64,000 bases of DNA from an uncultured Collinsella sp. (GTDB lineage: Bacteria > Actinomycetota > Coriobacteriia > Coriobacteriales > Coriobacteriaceae). Shown in pieces: positions 19,745-29,180 of the stretch. Both the position numbers and the translations under genes were made by a program. Under the pieces are notes generated by a model. The model was not told where the DNA came from. It made no database searches and saw only the letters and a program-made list of their open reading frames with translations. Where the stretch lies: NCBI GenBank assembly GCA_900544995.1, contig UQXC01000001.1, forward strand, positions 15,752 through 79,751, read 5' to 3'. Numbering within the stretch: the stretch's first letter is position 1; each line of letters starts with the position of its first letter.

Positions 19745-19910
19745 GACGCAGGCTCCTTTCGGATCGATCGTGCTGGTTGATGTACCGTGAGCCATCGTAT
19801 CACGCGCGGGCTCGCGGTGGCGGGGGAGCTTGATGTGCGGTGGCCGCGGGGCGGGGAGCGTGTAAACTGGAGTAAGCAAACCGTGCCCAGCCCAAAGCGA
19901 GGTATTTAAT

Positions 19911-22661
19911 ATGTCTGACAAGCGCCGCACTTTTGCCGTTATCGACGGCAACTCGCTCATGCACCGCGCCTTCCACGCCGTGCCGCCGACCATGAACGCG
20001 CCGGACGGTCGCCCCACCAACGCGATCTTTGGCTTTCTGAACATGTTTCTTAAGATGATCGATGCCTTTAACCCCGACGGTGTGGTCGTGGCGTTTGACA
20101 AGGGTAAGCCGCGCGTGCGCATGGAGATGCTGCCGCAGTATAAGGCGCAACGCCCGCCCATGGACCCCGATCTGCATGCGCAGTTCCCTATGATTAAGGA
20201 GCTGCTCACCGCGCTCAACGTGCCGATTCTGCAGTCCGAGGGCTGGGAAGGCGACGATATCCTGGGAACCATGGCGCGCCTGGGCGAGCAGGCCGGCTGC
20301 GACATGCTACTGGTGACCGGCGACCGCGACATGTATCAACTCGTGACCGAGCACGTCAACGTGGTCTCGACCCGCAAGGGCCTGTCTGACGTGGCGATCA
20401 TGACGCCCGAGAGCGTGGACGACCTGTATCACGGCATTACGCCGGCGCTCGTGCCCGATTTTTACGGTCTAAAGGGCGATACGTCCGACAACATCCCCGG
20501 TGTACCGGGCATCGGTCCCAAAAAGGCGAGTGCGCTCATTGGGAAGTACGGTAGCCTGGACGAAGTCATCGCGCATGCCGACGAGGTCAAGGGCAAGATG
20601 GGCGAGAACCTGCGTGCACACATCGATGACGCACTACTGAGCCGCAAGGTTGCGACAATTCGCACCGATGCGCCCGTTGAGCTCGATTTTGAGGCGACGT
20701 CCTTCCCGGCGTTTTCTGCCGACGAGGTTTCCGCGGCGCTGGGTACGCTTGGTATCACCGCCATGCAGAACCGTTTCTTGGCGCTGATTGGCGGCGAGGG
20801 CGGGGCTGCTGCTGCCTCCAGTGTGTTTGAGATACCTGCGATGGTTCGCGCAGCCGCCGACGATGCTGACGCGCTTGGTGCCGTTGCGGCTGAGGTCTCC
20901 CGCGCGATTGATGCCGGCGAGTGGGTCGCCGCCGTGGTGGACGACGACAAGGAAGAGGGCGCGCTCTTTGGGCTGACGCGCACGCTGTGGTTGGCGACGT
21001 CCAAGGGCCTGTTCGCGCTCGAGGAGGGGGACAGCTGTGCGGCGGCTGAGGTTGAGGGCTTCAACTTCGTCCACGGCGTGATTGCCGGCGTGCTCGCGCG
21101 TCTGTTTATGGAGGGTCGCGTGGCGAGCCCGGATATGAAGGCGCTGTTGCACGAGCTTTCGCCCATCGATTCTTCTGAACTCGAGCTCATGGATCCGCTC
21201 ACTACCGATTCCACGCGTATCTTCGATACCGTGGTCGCTGCCTATCTGCTGGATTCCGATCGCTCCGAGTTCGATGAGGCATATCTGGCCGATACGTATC
21301 TGCAGATGGCGCTGCCTGCGGCGCGCGGTGCAGAGGGTGCCGGTGAGGACGCTCCGGCGCCCACCGCTCGCACGGCGGCCTTGACGTTGGCGCTGGTCGC
21401 ACCGCTGCGCGACCGCATGGCCCGCGAGAACGCCGCCAACGTGTTCGATGGCATCGAAATGCCGCTCGTGCCGGTGCTTGCCAAGATGGAGCGCGCGGGC
21501 ATGCTCGTGGATCCCGACCGCCTGCGTAATCTGTCCGAGGGCCTGGCGACCCAGATCACCGAGGTCGAGCGCAGCATTCGCGACCTGGCGGGTGACGAGA
21601 CCTTTAATATTGGCAGTCCCATGCAGCTGTCGCATGTGCTCTTTGATGTGATGGGGCTTCCGACCAAGGGCCTCAAGAAGACTAAGCGCGGCTACTATTC
21701 GACCAACGCCAAGGTGTTGAGCGACCTTGCCCGCGACCACGAAATCGTGCGTCTGATCTTGGATTGGCGTGAGAAGTCTAAGATCAAGTCCACCTATCTG
21801 GACACGCTGGGCCCGCTGCGCCGTGGTGACGGTCGCGTGCACACCACGTACAACCAGACCATCACGGCAACGGGGCGTCTGTCCTCGAGTGATCCGAACC
21901 TACAGAACATCCCGACGCGCTCGGAGCTGGGCCGTACCGTCAAGACGGCGTTTTCGGCAGGCGAGGGAAGCGTCTTTTTGGCGGTGGACTACTCGCAGAT
22001 CGAGCTGCGTCTGCTGGCGCATCTCTCGGGCGACGAGCACTTGGTGCGCGCCTTTAACGAGGGCGAGGACTTCCATGCCGAGACGGCGGCGCGCGTGTTT
22101 GGTGTGCCGGTGTCCGAGGTAACGCCCGACCTGCGCAGTCGCGCCAAGGCCGTGAACTTTGGCATCGTGTATGGTCAGCAGGCCTACGGCCTGTCGCAGT
22201 CGCTGCATATCTCGATGGCCGAGGCGCGCGACATGATCGACCGCTACTACGAGGCCTACCCGGGCGTGCGTACGTTCCTCGACAACGTGGTGGCGCGCGC
22301 CAAGCAGACGGGCTACGCCGAGACCATGTACGGTCGCCGGCGCCATATTCCCGAGCTCAAGGCCAAAAATCCGCAGCTCCGCGGCTTTGGCGAGCGCACG
22401 GCCATGAACCACCCCATGCAGGGAACCGCCGCCGACATCATCAAGATCGCCATGGCTCGCGTAAGCCGCCGCCTGGAAGAAGAGGGCTTTGCCGCCCACA
22501 TGATCCTGCAAGTGCACGACGAACTGGACTTTGAGTGCCCCATCGACGAAGTCGAGCGCCTAACCACCATGGTCCGCGACGTCATGGAACACGTAGTAGA
22601 CCTCCGCGTCCCCCTAATCGCCGAAGCCAGCACCGGCATAACCTGGGCCGACGCTAAATAA
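19911..22661 (+). CDS. polA: DNA polymerase I.
   Basis: N-terminal 5'-3' exonuclease domain and C-terminal family-A polymerase motifs (…RRxxKxxNFGxxYG…, …QVHDEL…). It is 916 aa. Confidence 0.9.
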   Translation: MSDKRRTFAVIDGNSLMHRAFHAVPPTMNAPDGRPTNAIFGFLNMFLKMIDAFNPDGVVVAFDKGKPRVRMEMLPQYKAQRPPMDPDLHAQFPMIKELLTALNVPILQSEGWEGDDILGTMARLGEQAGCDMLLVTGDRDMYQLVTEHVNVVSTRKGLSDVAIMTPESVDDLYHGITPALVPDFYGLKGDTSDNIPGVPGIGPKKASALIGKYGSLDEVIAHADEVKGKMGENLRAHIDDALLSRKVATIRTDAPVELDFEATSFPAFSADEVSAALGTLGITAMQNRFLALIGGEGGAAAASSVFEIPAMVRAAADDADALGAVAAEVSRAIDAGEWVAAVVDDDKEEGALFGLTRTLWLATSKGLFALEEGDSCAAAEVEGFNFVHGVIAGVLARLFMEGRVASPDMKALLHELSPIDSSELELMDPLTTDSTRIFDTVVAAYLLDSDRSEFDEAYLADTYLQMALPAARGAEGAGEDAPAPTARTAALTLALVAPLRDRMARENAANVFDGIEMPLVPVLAKMERAGMLVDPDRLRNLSEGLATQITEVERSIRDLAGDETFNIGSPMQLSHVLFDVMGLPTKGLKKTKRGYYSTNAKVLSDLARDHEIVRLILDWREKSKIKSTYLDTLGPLRRGDGRVHTTYNQTITATGRLSSSDPNLQNIPTRSELGRTVKTAFSAGEGSVFLAVDYSQIELRLLAHLSGDEHLVRAFNEGEDFHAETAARVFGVPVSEVTPDLRSRAKAVNFGIVYGQQAYGLSQSLHISMAEARDMIDRYYEAYPGVRTFLDNVVARAKQTGYAETMYGRRRHIPELKAKNPQLRGFGERTAMNHPMQGTAADIIKIAMARVSRRLEEEGFAAHMILQVHDELDFECPIDEVERLTTMVRDVMEHVVDLRVPLIAEASTGITWADAK

Positions 22662-22695
22662 AGGCGTACCAACAACCCCAAAGTAACCAAAAGCA

Positions 22696-22729
22696 GAAGG
22701 GGGCTCCTTGCCAACAAGGAGCCCCCTTC
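22696..22729 (+). terminator. GC-rich hairpin after polA (gaagggggctcc…ggagcccccttc).
   Basis: 12-bp stem located 35 nt after the polA stop. It is followed by an A-run rather than a T-run, so its terminator efficiency is uncertain. Confidence 0.45.
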
Positions 22730-22798
22730 ATTCCAAAAAAAATCAGCCAAGTATCTAGACACTCAAGACACCATCTAGGCGGCAAGCAAGTAAACCTA

Positions 22799-22928
22799 GG
22801 ACCTGGTCGGGCGGCGCGGATTAGTTTTTCGTAGATTCCGCACGAGCCGGAAAGCACTTAATGTGCTTTCCGAGCGAGCCCAGGACCTGACCGAACGAAA
22901 AACTAATCCGCGCCGCCCGGCCAGGTCC
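22799..22928. repeat. Large nested inverted repeat (about 33-bp arms with one mismatch, plus an inner 9-bp palindrome).
   Basis: ggacctggtcgggcggcgcggattagtttttcg … cgaaaaactaatccgcgccgcccggccaggtcc. The spacer contains ggaaagcac-ttaa-tgtgctttcc. Confidence 0.65.
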
Positions 22929-22939
22929 GACGAGCCACG

Positions 22940-23767
22940 TTACCGAGCCGCCAGGATGGCGTCGATGAGCGTCAGTACGCCCCCGTCGTTGTTGCTCGGA
23001 ATGCGCCACTTGGCGTGCGCGTTCATGTGCTCTTCGGCATTGTCCACGATAAAGCTGTGACCGACGCGCTCCAGCATGGGGATGTCGTTGTAGGTATCAC
23101 CCACGGCGGCAGCGTCGGCAATATCGATGCCCAGGTGCTCGCACAGGTGCGCGACGCCGGCGCCCTTGTCGACGCCCAGGTTCATAAAGTCGATCCACTC
23201 GCGCCCGGCGTTGGTGACGTAGAGCTTGTCCGAGAACTCGGGGCTATAGGTCTCGCGGAAAGCGGGCTCGGCGTCGTAGCCAGGGAAGAAGACCGAAATC
23301 TTGTTAGACTCGAAATCAATGCCCTCAAAGCTGTCGACGTAGTTGATTGTGTTGTAGTAGACGCTGATCTCGTCGTGGTATTGATGGTCGCGGGCAAGCA
23401 CGTAGAACTCGTCGAAGCAGCACAGGACTGGGACAGCGCGAGGATCCTCCGAGGCACGGTTCAAGACCTGCTGATACAGCTCCACGTCAATATTGCTCTT
23501 ATAGATATAGCTGCCGCGATAGATCACGCACGCTCCGTTGTCGGGACAAAAGGCGAGGCGGTTCTTGATGCCCTCGAACATCTCCTCGAGCTTGGGTGCG
23601 GGACGTCCGCTGGCGGGGCAGAATACGATGCCGGCGTCGGCGAGCTTGTCCAGGCGCTCATCAAGACCCTGGGGCAGCACACGCTCGTCGGTCAGCAGCG
23701 TCTTGTCCATATCGACGGCGATGAGTTTAATGTCGCCGATGTTAGCGTCTGATTCATAAGTCTGCAT
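22940..23767 (-). CDS. Cof-type HAD-IIB hydrolase.
   Basis: An N-terminal DxD motif (VDMDKTLL) and C-terminal GDxxND (GDTYNDIPM) are typical of the Cof/HAD-IIB family. Confidence 0.75.
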   Translation of the reverse strand: MQTYESDANIGDIKLIAVDMDKTLLTDERVLPQGLDERLDKLADAGIVFCPASGRPAPKLEEMFEGIKNRLAFCPDNGACVIYRGSYIYKSNIDVELYQQVLNRASEDPRAVPVLCCFDEFYVLARDHQYHDEISVYYNTINYVDSFEGIDFESNKISVFFPGYDAEPAFRETYSPEFSDKLYVTNAGREWIDFMNLGVDKGAGVAHLCEHLGIDIADAAAVGDTYNDIPMLERVGHSFIVDNAEEHMNAHAKWRIPSNNDGGVLTLIDAILAAR

Positions 23768-24041
23768 AAATGCGCCTTTCCGTTTCCAGATTGTTTCGGG
23801 CGTAATGACCCTCTGCTATGTAATCGAGCGTATTTTCGCAGGATTGGCGCGTATTTGCATCACTATTCACAAACTAATGAAAAAACTTTTCAGAAATTTG
23901 AATTTGTCGCTTGTACAGCAGGCACTTTAGCGTAATATAGCGACCATCGAAAACGGAGACGGAAAAACAACCGCTTACCGAGGAAAAGGTACCGTTTACG
24001 ATATTAGAATTGCGCCCGGCGATAGGTGAAAGGAGAGGCAG

Positions 24042-24116
24042 ATGCAGTTCGTAAAGATCATCACTACTGCAGACAATGCCATCCGACGCCAGCGCGCAAT
24101 TTCCCGACGACGATAA
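24042..24116 (+). other. Candidate 24-codon leader ORF upstream of argG: MQFVKIITTADNAIRRQRAISRRR.
   Basis: A strong SD (AAAGGAGAGG) lies 4 nt before the ATG. Six of the last ten codons are Arg. The ORF ends about 205 nt before argG in an AT-rich leader that contains a stem-loop plus T-run. Coordinates ±1. Confidence 0.35.
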
Positions 24117-24321
24117 CAATCGTCTCTGTCCGCATGGGGCGAATTGCCTCACCAGAGTCATTTTGAGGTCGTTGGGTTTTAGCACGACATTGCTGCATGT
24201 TTCTAGGGCATGTATGTGCTGATTTTTGCTATTTAACCTGATATTGCACGGTATATGACCTTGAAGTGACTTGCAACTGACCGATGTTCTAACTAGCTAC
24301 CAAGGGCGAAAGGAAACAGCC

Positions 24322-25548
24322 ATGAGCAAGGAAAAAGTCGTTCTCGCATATTCCGGTGGTCTTGATACATCCGTATGTGTCAAGTGGCTCCAAGACGAGA
24401 AGAATCTCGATGTCGTTTGTGTCTGCGGCAACGTGGGCCAGGAGGAGACCGGCCTGGATGCCAAGAAGCAGAAGGCGCTCGACCTGGGCGTTCTCGATTG
24501 CCAGGTGCTCGACCTGCGCGATGAGTTCTCCGACGAGTTCCTGACTAAGGCCATCGCCGCCAACTCTATGTACGAGAACAAGTACCCGCTGCTCTCCGCC
24601 CTGTCTCGCCCGCTGCTTGCCAAGAAGCTTGTTGAGGTCGCCCACGAGTTTGGCGCGACCTACGTCGCCCACGGCTGCACCGGCAAGGGTAACGACCAGG
24701 TCCGTTTTGAGGCCGCCGTCAAGGCCCTCGACCCCGAGCTCAAGGTTATCGCCCCGGTTCGCGAGTGGGACCTGAAGTGCCGTCCCGACGAGGTCGCCTA
24801 TGCCCACGCTCACAACGTGCCGGTTCCCGAGGGTGCCAACGACAACCCCTACTCCATCGACGACAACCTGTGGGGTCGTGCCATTGAGTGCGGTCACCTG
24901 GAGGATCCCTGGAACGAGCCGCTCGACGACGCCTGGGTTATGACCAAGAATCCCGAGGACACGCCGGACACCCCGACCTACACCGAGATTGAGTTTGAGG
25001 CCGGCAAGCCCGTCGCCGTCGACGGCAAGAAGATGAAGCTCTCCGAGATCGTCATCGCCCTCAACAAGATTTCCGGCGACAATGGCTTTGGCCGTCTCGA
25101 TCTGGTCGAGGATCGCCTGGTGGGCCTTAAGAGCCGCGAGTGCTATGAGGTTCCCGGAGCCCTGACGCTCATCACCGCCCACAAGGCGCTTGAGGACATC
25201 TGCGTCGAGGGCGATTTGCTCAAGACCAAGATTAAGCTCGAGCAGGATTGGGCCACCGCCGTTTACAACGGCCAGTGGTACAGCCCGCTCAAAAACGCGC
25301 TCGATGCCTTTATGGCCGATACCCAGAAGTTCGTGACCGGCACTGTCCGTCTGAAGTTCTTTAAGGGCAACTGCCATGTCGTCGGCCGCAAGAGCCCCTT
25401 CAGCCTCTACGACTACGGTCTGGCTACCTACGACCGCGACACCACGTTTGACGAGAAGGCCAGCGCCGGTTTTATCGAGATCGATACGCTGTCGCTCAAG
25501 ACGTGGGCAAAGGTCCAGGGCCCCAGCTCTGCTGCCGCCCAGGCCTAG
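24322..25548 (+). CDS. argG: Argininosuccinate synthase.
   Basis: N-terminal PP-loop AYSGGLDTS and a conserved pattern throughout. It is 408 aa. Confidence 0.9.
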   Translation: MSKEKVVLAYSGGLDTSVCVKWLQDEKNLDVVCVCGNVGQEETGLDAKKQKALDLGVLDCQVLDLRDEFSDEFLTKAIAANSMYENKYPLLSALSRPLLAKKLVEVAHEFGATYVAHGCTGKGNDQVRFEAAVKALDPELKVIAPVREWDLKCRPDEVAYAHAHNVPVPEGANDNPYSIDDNLWGRAIECGHLEDPWNEPLDDAWVMTKNPEDTPDTPTYTEIEFEAGKPVAVDGKKMKLSEIVIALNKISGDNGFGRLDLVEDRLVGLKSRECYEVPGALTLITAHKALEDICVEGDLLKTKIKLEQDWATAVYNGQWYSPLKNALDAFMADTQKFVTGTVRLKFFKGNCHVVGRKSPFSLYDYGLATYDRDTTFDEKASAGFIEIDTLSLKTWAKVQGPSSAAAQA

Positions 25549-26070
25549 CGCCTCCTCCCCTTGGTATCCGCGCGGCCCATCCGCGTGATACATAACGGGC
25601 GCACGGGGTCCCTACCTTTCGTTATGCTTGCTGACACTTCTTAACATCGGTGGCCCCTACGTTCCGCCCGCATATATGATGCCGCGTCTGCGGCTGAGTC
25701 CGAGCCCCGCCGGGGTTGTCCGGCGGGGCTTCTTCTATCAATTTGGCGGCTCTGCGCCTATATATATGAGGAGTATCCATTATGTTCAATGCTATCGCGC
25801 ATGCTTTACTTGCCCTCGCGCCCGAGTTCGATGCTGCAAGGGTCGAGGACGTCCCTATGAGCCTGAAGGCCTGGATCGATGGTTCGCAGGGCAACATCCG
25901 GAGGGAGACGTTGGGCGCCAAGTGCATGGCGCGTCACTTCTTTGCAAATTAGCTACATGGCTCCGCACACGGTGGGGAATGTGTAAAACTAGCGGTTGAA
26001 AAATCGCTTTAGCGATATGGCGCATTGCTTTGGGCGCTTGTTTTGGTATTTGGAGAAAGGGGACGGTTCC

Positions 26071-27501
26071 ATGGCTCTTTGGGGCGGTCGTTTTGAGGCA
26101 GGCGTGGCCGAGGTCACGCAGGAGTTTGGCGCGTCGCTGCCGGTCGACAAACATCTCTATAAGCAGGATATCGCCGGCTCTAAGGCGCATGCCAAAATGC
26201 TGGCGGCCCAGGGCATCATCAGTGCCGAGGACGAGCAGGCGATTGCCAAGGGCCTGACCGGAATCGAGCAGGATATCGATGCCGGCAACTTCACATTCGA
26301 CATCAACGACGAAGACATTCATATGTCCATCGAGAGCGAGCTGACGCGTCGCATCGGCGAGGCCGGTAAGCGCTTGCATACCGGACGTTCGCGCAACGAC
26401 CAGGTGGCGACCGACACGCGCCTGGGCGTCAAGGCGCTGGCCAAGGAGCTCATGGAGGCCAATCTTGAGCTGCGCCATGTGCTGGTGGATGCGGCTAAGA
26501 AGTACGACAAGGTGATTCTGCCGGGCTACACGCACATGCAGCACGCTCAGCCCGTGCTGCTCTCGCATCATCTGCTGGCGTATTCCTGGATGTTCGCGCG
26601 CGACTTTACACGCCTGAAGGCAGCCTTTGATGCCGCCGACAACTGTCCGCTGGGCGCTGCCGCGCTTGCCGGCACGAGCTATCCGCTCGATCGTCAGATG
26701 ACGGCTGCCGAACTTGGCTTTGCGGGCGTGATTCCCAACTCGCTCGATGCGGTTTCCGACCGTGATTTCCTCCTCGACCTGCATTACGCCGGCTCCGTCA
26801 TGGCGATGCACCTGTCGCGTCTTTCCGAGGAGATCGTGCTGTGGTCGAGCTCCGAATTTGGCTTTATCACGCTTTCCGACTCTTACTCCACTGGCTCGTC
26901 CATCATGCCGCAGAAGAAGAATCCCGACTTTGCCGAGCTTATCCGCGGCAAGAGCGGCCGTGTGTATGGCAACCTGGTGCAGCTGCTCGTGACCATGAAG
27001 GGCCTGCCGCTTGCTTATAACAAGGACTTGCAGGAGGACAAGGAGGGTGCGCTCGATACCGCCCATACGCTCATGCAGTGCCTGTCGGTTATGGCCGGTA
27101 TGATTTCGACTTGGACCGTCAACGAGGATGCCATGGCGCGCGAGTGCGGCGTGGGACACCTTGCCGCCACCGATGTTGCCGATTACCTGGCTAAGCGTGG
27201 TCTGCCGTTCCGCGAGGCACATGCCGTGGTGGGCCATCTGGTCCTGATGTGCGAGAAGCGCGGCTGCAATCTTGAGGACCTGCCGTTTGAGGTGTTTCAG
27301 GAGGCAAGCTCGCTCTTTGAGCGCGACATTACCGAGGCGCTCGACATCCCGTCGATTGTCGCTGCGCGCACGACCGAGGGCGGTACCGCCCCTGCCGCCG
27401 TTGCCGTGCAGCTGCAGCGTGCCGAGGCACAGCTCGTGGCCGACGAAGGCGTGTTTGGATCGCTGACCAAGGTCGTCGAGATGGGCCACGGGGCAAAGTA
27501 G
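26071..27501 (+). CDS. argH: Argininosuccinate lyase.
   Basis: N-terminal MALWGGRFE and the fumarate-lyase signature GSSIMPQKKNPD. An SD (GAGAAAGGGGA) precedes the ATG. Confidence 0.9.
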   Translation: MALWGGRFEAGVAEVTQEFGASLPVDKHLYKQDIAGSKAHAKMLAAQGIISAEDEQAIAKGLTGIEQDIDAGNFTFDINDEDIHMSIESELTRRIGEAGKRLHTGRSRNDQVATDTRLGVKALAKELMEANLELRHVLVDAAKKYDKVILPGYTHMQHAQPVLLSHHLLAYSWMFARDFTRLKAAFDAADNCPLGAAALAGTSYPLDRQMTAAELGFAGVIPNSLDAVSDRDFLLDLHYAGSVMAMHLSRLSEEIVLWSSSEFGFITLSDSYSTGSSIMPQKKNPDFAELIRGKSGRVYGNLVQLLVTMKGLPLAYNKDLQEDKEGALDTAHTLMQCLSVMAGMISTWTVNEDAMARECGVGHLAATDVADYLAKRGLPFREAHAVVGHLVLMCEKRGCNLEDLPFEVFQEASSLFERDITEALDIPSIVAARTTEGGTAPAAVAVQLQRAEAQLVADEGVFGSLTKVVEMGHGAK

Positions 27502-27885
27502 GGATTTGACTGAAGCGGCTTTGGCCATTTATCGATAAATCGTTTTTGCTTTACGGGCGTCTGCTGATGTGGGCGTCCGTATTTTGTTGCTATGGGGGAG
27601 GGGCTTGTCGAGAAGTTCTGTAGGACCTTTGGGCAGGTTGTGAAGGGGGTACGTTCGCGGGCGGCAACCGACCGTCTGCTCTGCTCGATGCGGTTGATGG
27701 GCAGTCGGATGGTACTCTAATCGAGCTTCGAAACAGAAGTGACACATATGGAACGCTTCAATAAATTGCAACGTTTCAATAAACAGCTTTTTGTTTAACT
27801 GCAGCTAAAACTCTGTTACGATGCAGTCCAGGCGGGTGCCGGAATGGGACTTGGGCACGCGCGAACCTACTTGAAAGGCTACCTT

Positions 27886-28290
27886 ATGGCTATCGAGAAG
27901 ACCTTCATCATGATTAAGCCCGACGCGGTGCGCGATCGCAAAATCGGCGAGATTGTTGCTCGCATTGAGCGCAGCGGCCTTGTCATCGAGCGCATGGAGA
28001 TGACCACGCTCGAGCGCGCTACCGTCGAGGAGCACTACGCCCATCTGGCCGACAAGCCCTTCTTTGGCGGTCTCTGCGACTTTATGACGAGCGGTCCGGT
28101 CGTCAAGATGGTCGTTTCCGGTCTTTCCGCTGTTGCTAAGATGCGCACCCTCATGGGCGCTACTAATCCGCTTGACGCTGCTCCTGGTACCATCCGCGGC
28201 GACTTTGCCGTCGATGTCAACGCCAACGTGATCCACGGCTCCGACTGCCTGGAGAACGCCGAGATCGAGATCAAGCGCTTCTTTGGCTAA
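27886..28290 (+). CDS. ndk: Nucleoside diphosphate kinase.
   Basis: ERTFIMIKPDAV-like N-terminus and the NxxHGSD active-site motif (NVIHGSD). Confidence 0.9.
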   Translation: MAIEKTFIMIKPDAVRDRKIGEIVARIERSGLVIERMEMTTLERATVEEHYAHLADKPFFGGLCDFMTSGPVVKMVVSGLSAVAKMRTLMGATNPLDAAPGTIRGDFAVDVNANVIHGSDCLENAEIEIKRFFG

Positions 28291-28328
28291 ACCAGCTTTG
28301 ACTCCTTAAAGCTGTTAGCGTGTGGCTT

Positions 28329-28358
28329 GGGCGCCGCGGAACTCCATCCGCGGCGCCC
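28329..28358 (+). terminator. Terminator hairpin after ndk.
   Basis: gggcgccgcgg-aactccatc-cgcggcgccc followed by TATTATT. Confidence 0.6.
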
Positions 28359-28379
28359 TATTATTCCAAAATCTATGAA

Positions 28380-28414
28380 GGGGCCCGTTCGGTCATGAGT
28401 TCCGAGCGGGCCCC
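28380..28414 (-). terminator. Terminator hairpin after rpiB (minus strand).
   Basis: ggggcccgttcgg…ccgagcgggcccc. On the minus strand it is followed by a T-rich tract. Confidence 0.6.
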
Positions 28415-28441
28415 TGCTGTTAGCTCGTGGCACTGAGATGT

Positions 28442-28909
28442 TTAGGCCTCGTCGACGACCTTGAGGCCGCGCGTGTGGTCGATCTCGTTGAGGAGGTTAA
28501 CGCGACGCTCGTGACGACCACCCTCAAACTCGGCGTCGAGCCACTCGTCGACAATCATCTTGGCGAGCTCGGAGCCCACGACGCGGGCGCCAAAGGCGAG
28601 CACGTTGGTGTTGTTGTGCATGCGGGAGAGCTTGGCGCTGAAGGGCTCGGAGCACACGACGGCGCGTACGCCCTCGACCTTGTTAGCAGCCAGGCTAATC
28701 CCGACGCCGGTGCCGCAGATCAGGATGCCTAGGTCGACGTCGCCGTTGGCAACGGCCTTACCCACCTTGTAGCCGGCGATGGGGTAGTCAAAGCTCTCGG
28801 AGGTGTCGGTGCCAAAGTTCACGACCTCGCAGCCGCGCTCCTTCAGGTGCTCGGAAATGATGTTCTTGAGCTCGACGGCGGCGTGGTCGTTACCGATACC
28901 GATCTTCAT
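28442..28909 (-). CDS. rpiB: Ribose-5-phosphate isomerase B (RpiB/LacAB family).
   Basis: MKIGIGNDHAAVELK… is a typical RpiB sequence. The start is at 28909 with a GAGAGGAA SD; the ORF-track 5' extension is rejected. Confidence 0.85.
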   Translation of the reverse strand: MKIGIGNDHAAVELKNIISEHLKERGCEVVNFGTDTSESFDYPIAGYKVGKAVANGDVDLGILICGTGVGISLAANKVEGVRAVVCSEPFSAKLSRMHNNTNVLAFGARVVGSELAKMIVDEWLDAEFEGGRHERRVNLLNEIDHTRGLKVVDEA

Positions 28910-29180
28910 GGATGGTTCCTCTCTGGTCTGTGCGGCGCAAATGCTAAAGGTGTTTACCGCGTTCGACTGCATGATAGCGCGACTTTTGCGTAAACGCTCG
29001 AGCGTTTTTTGGTCAAACGCTTTAGCAGGCAACAAGACTGGCTTCTCGTGAATGAATGTCGTCAGTTTGCGCTTGAGCGCCGTCCGCCGGAACCATGGTT
29101 GCGGTTTTTGATGCATTGTTATCAAATAAAGGAGCTAACTTTTTTGAGAGCCCAGCCCGTTATGCAAGCAGGAGATACCT

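Noticed and set aside
19745-20332. 180-aa N-terminal extension of the M18 aminopeptidase ORF.
   Set aside because: It is low-complexity, has no SD, and overlaps the divergent polA promoter region. An internal start with AAAGGAGC gives a protein of canonical M18 length.
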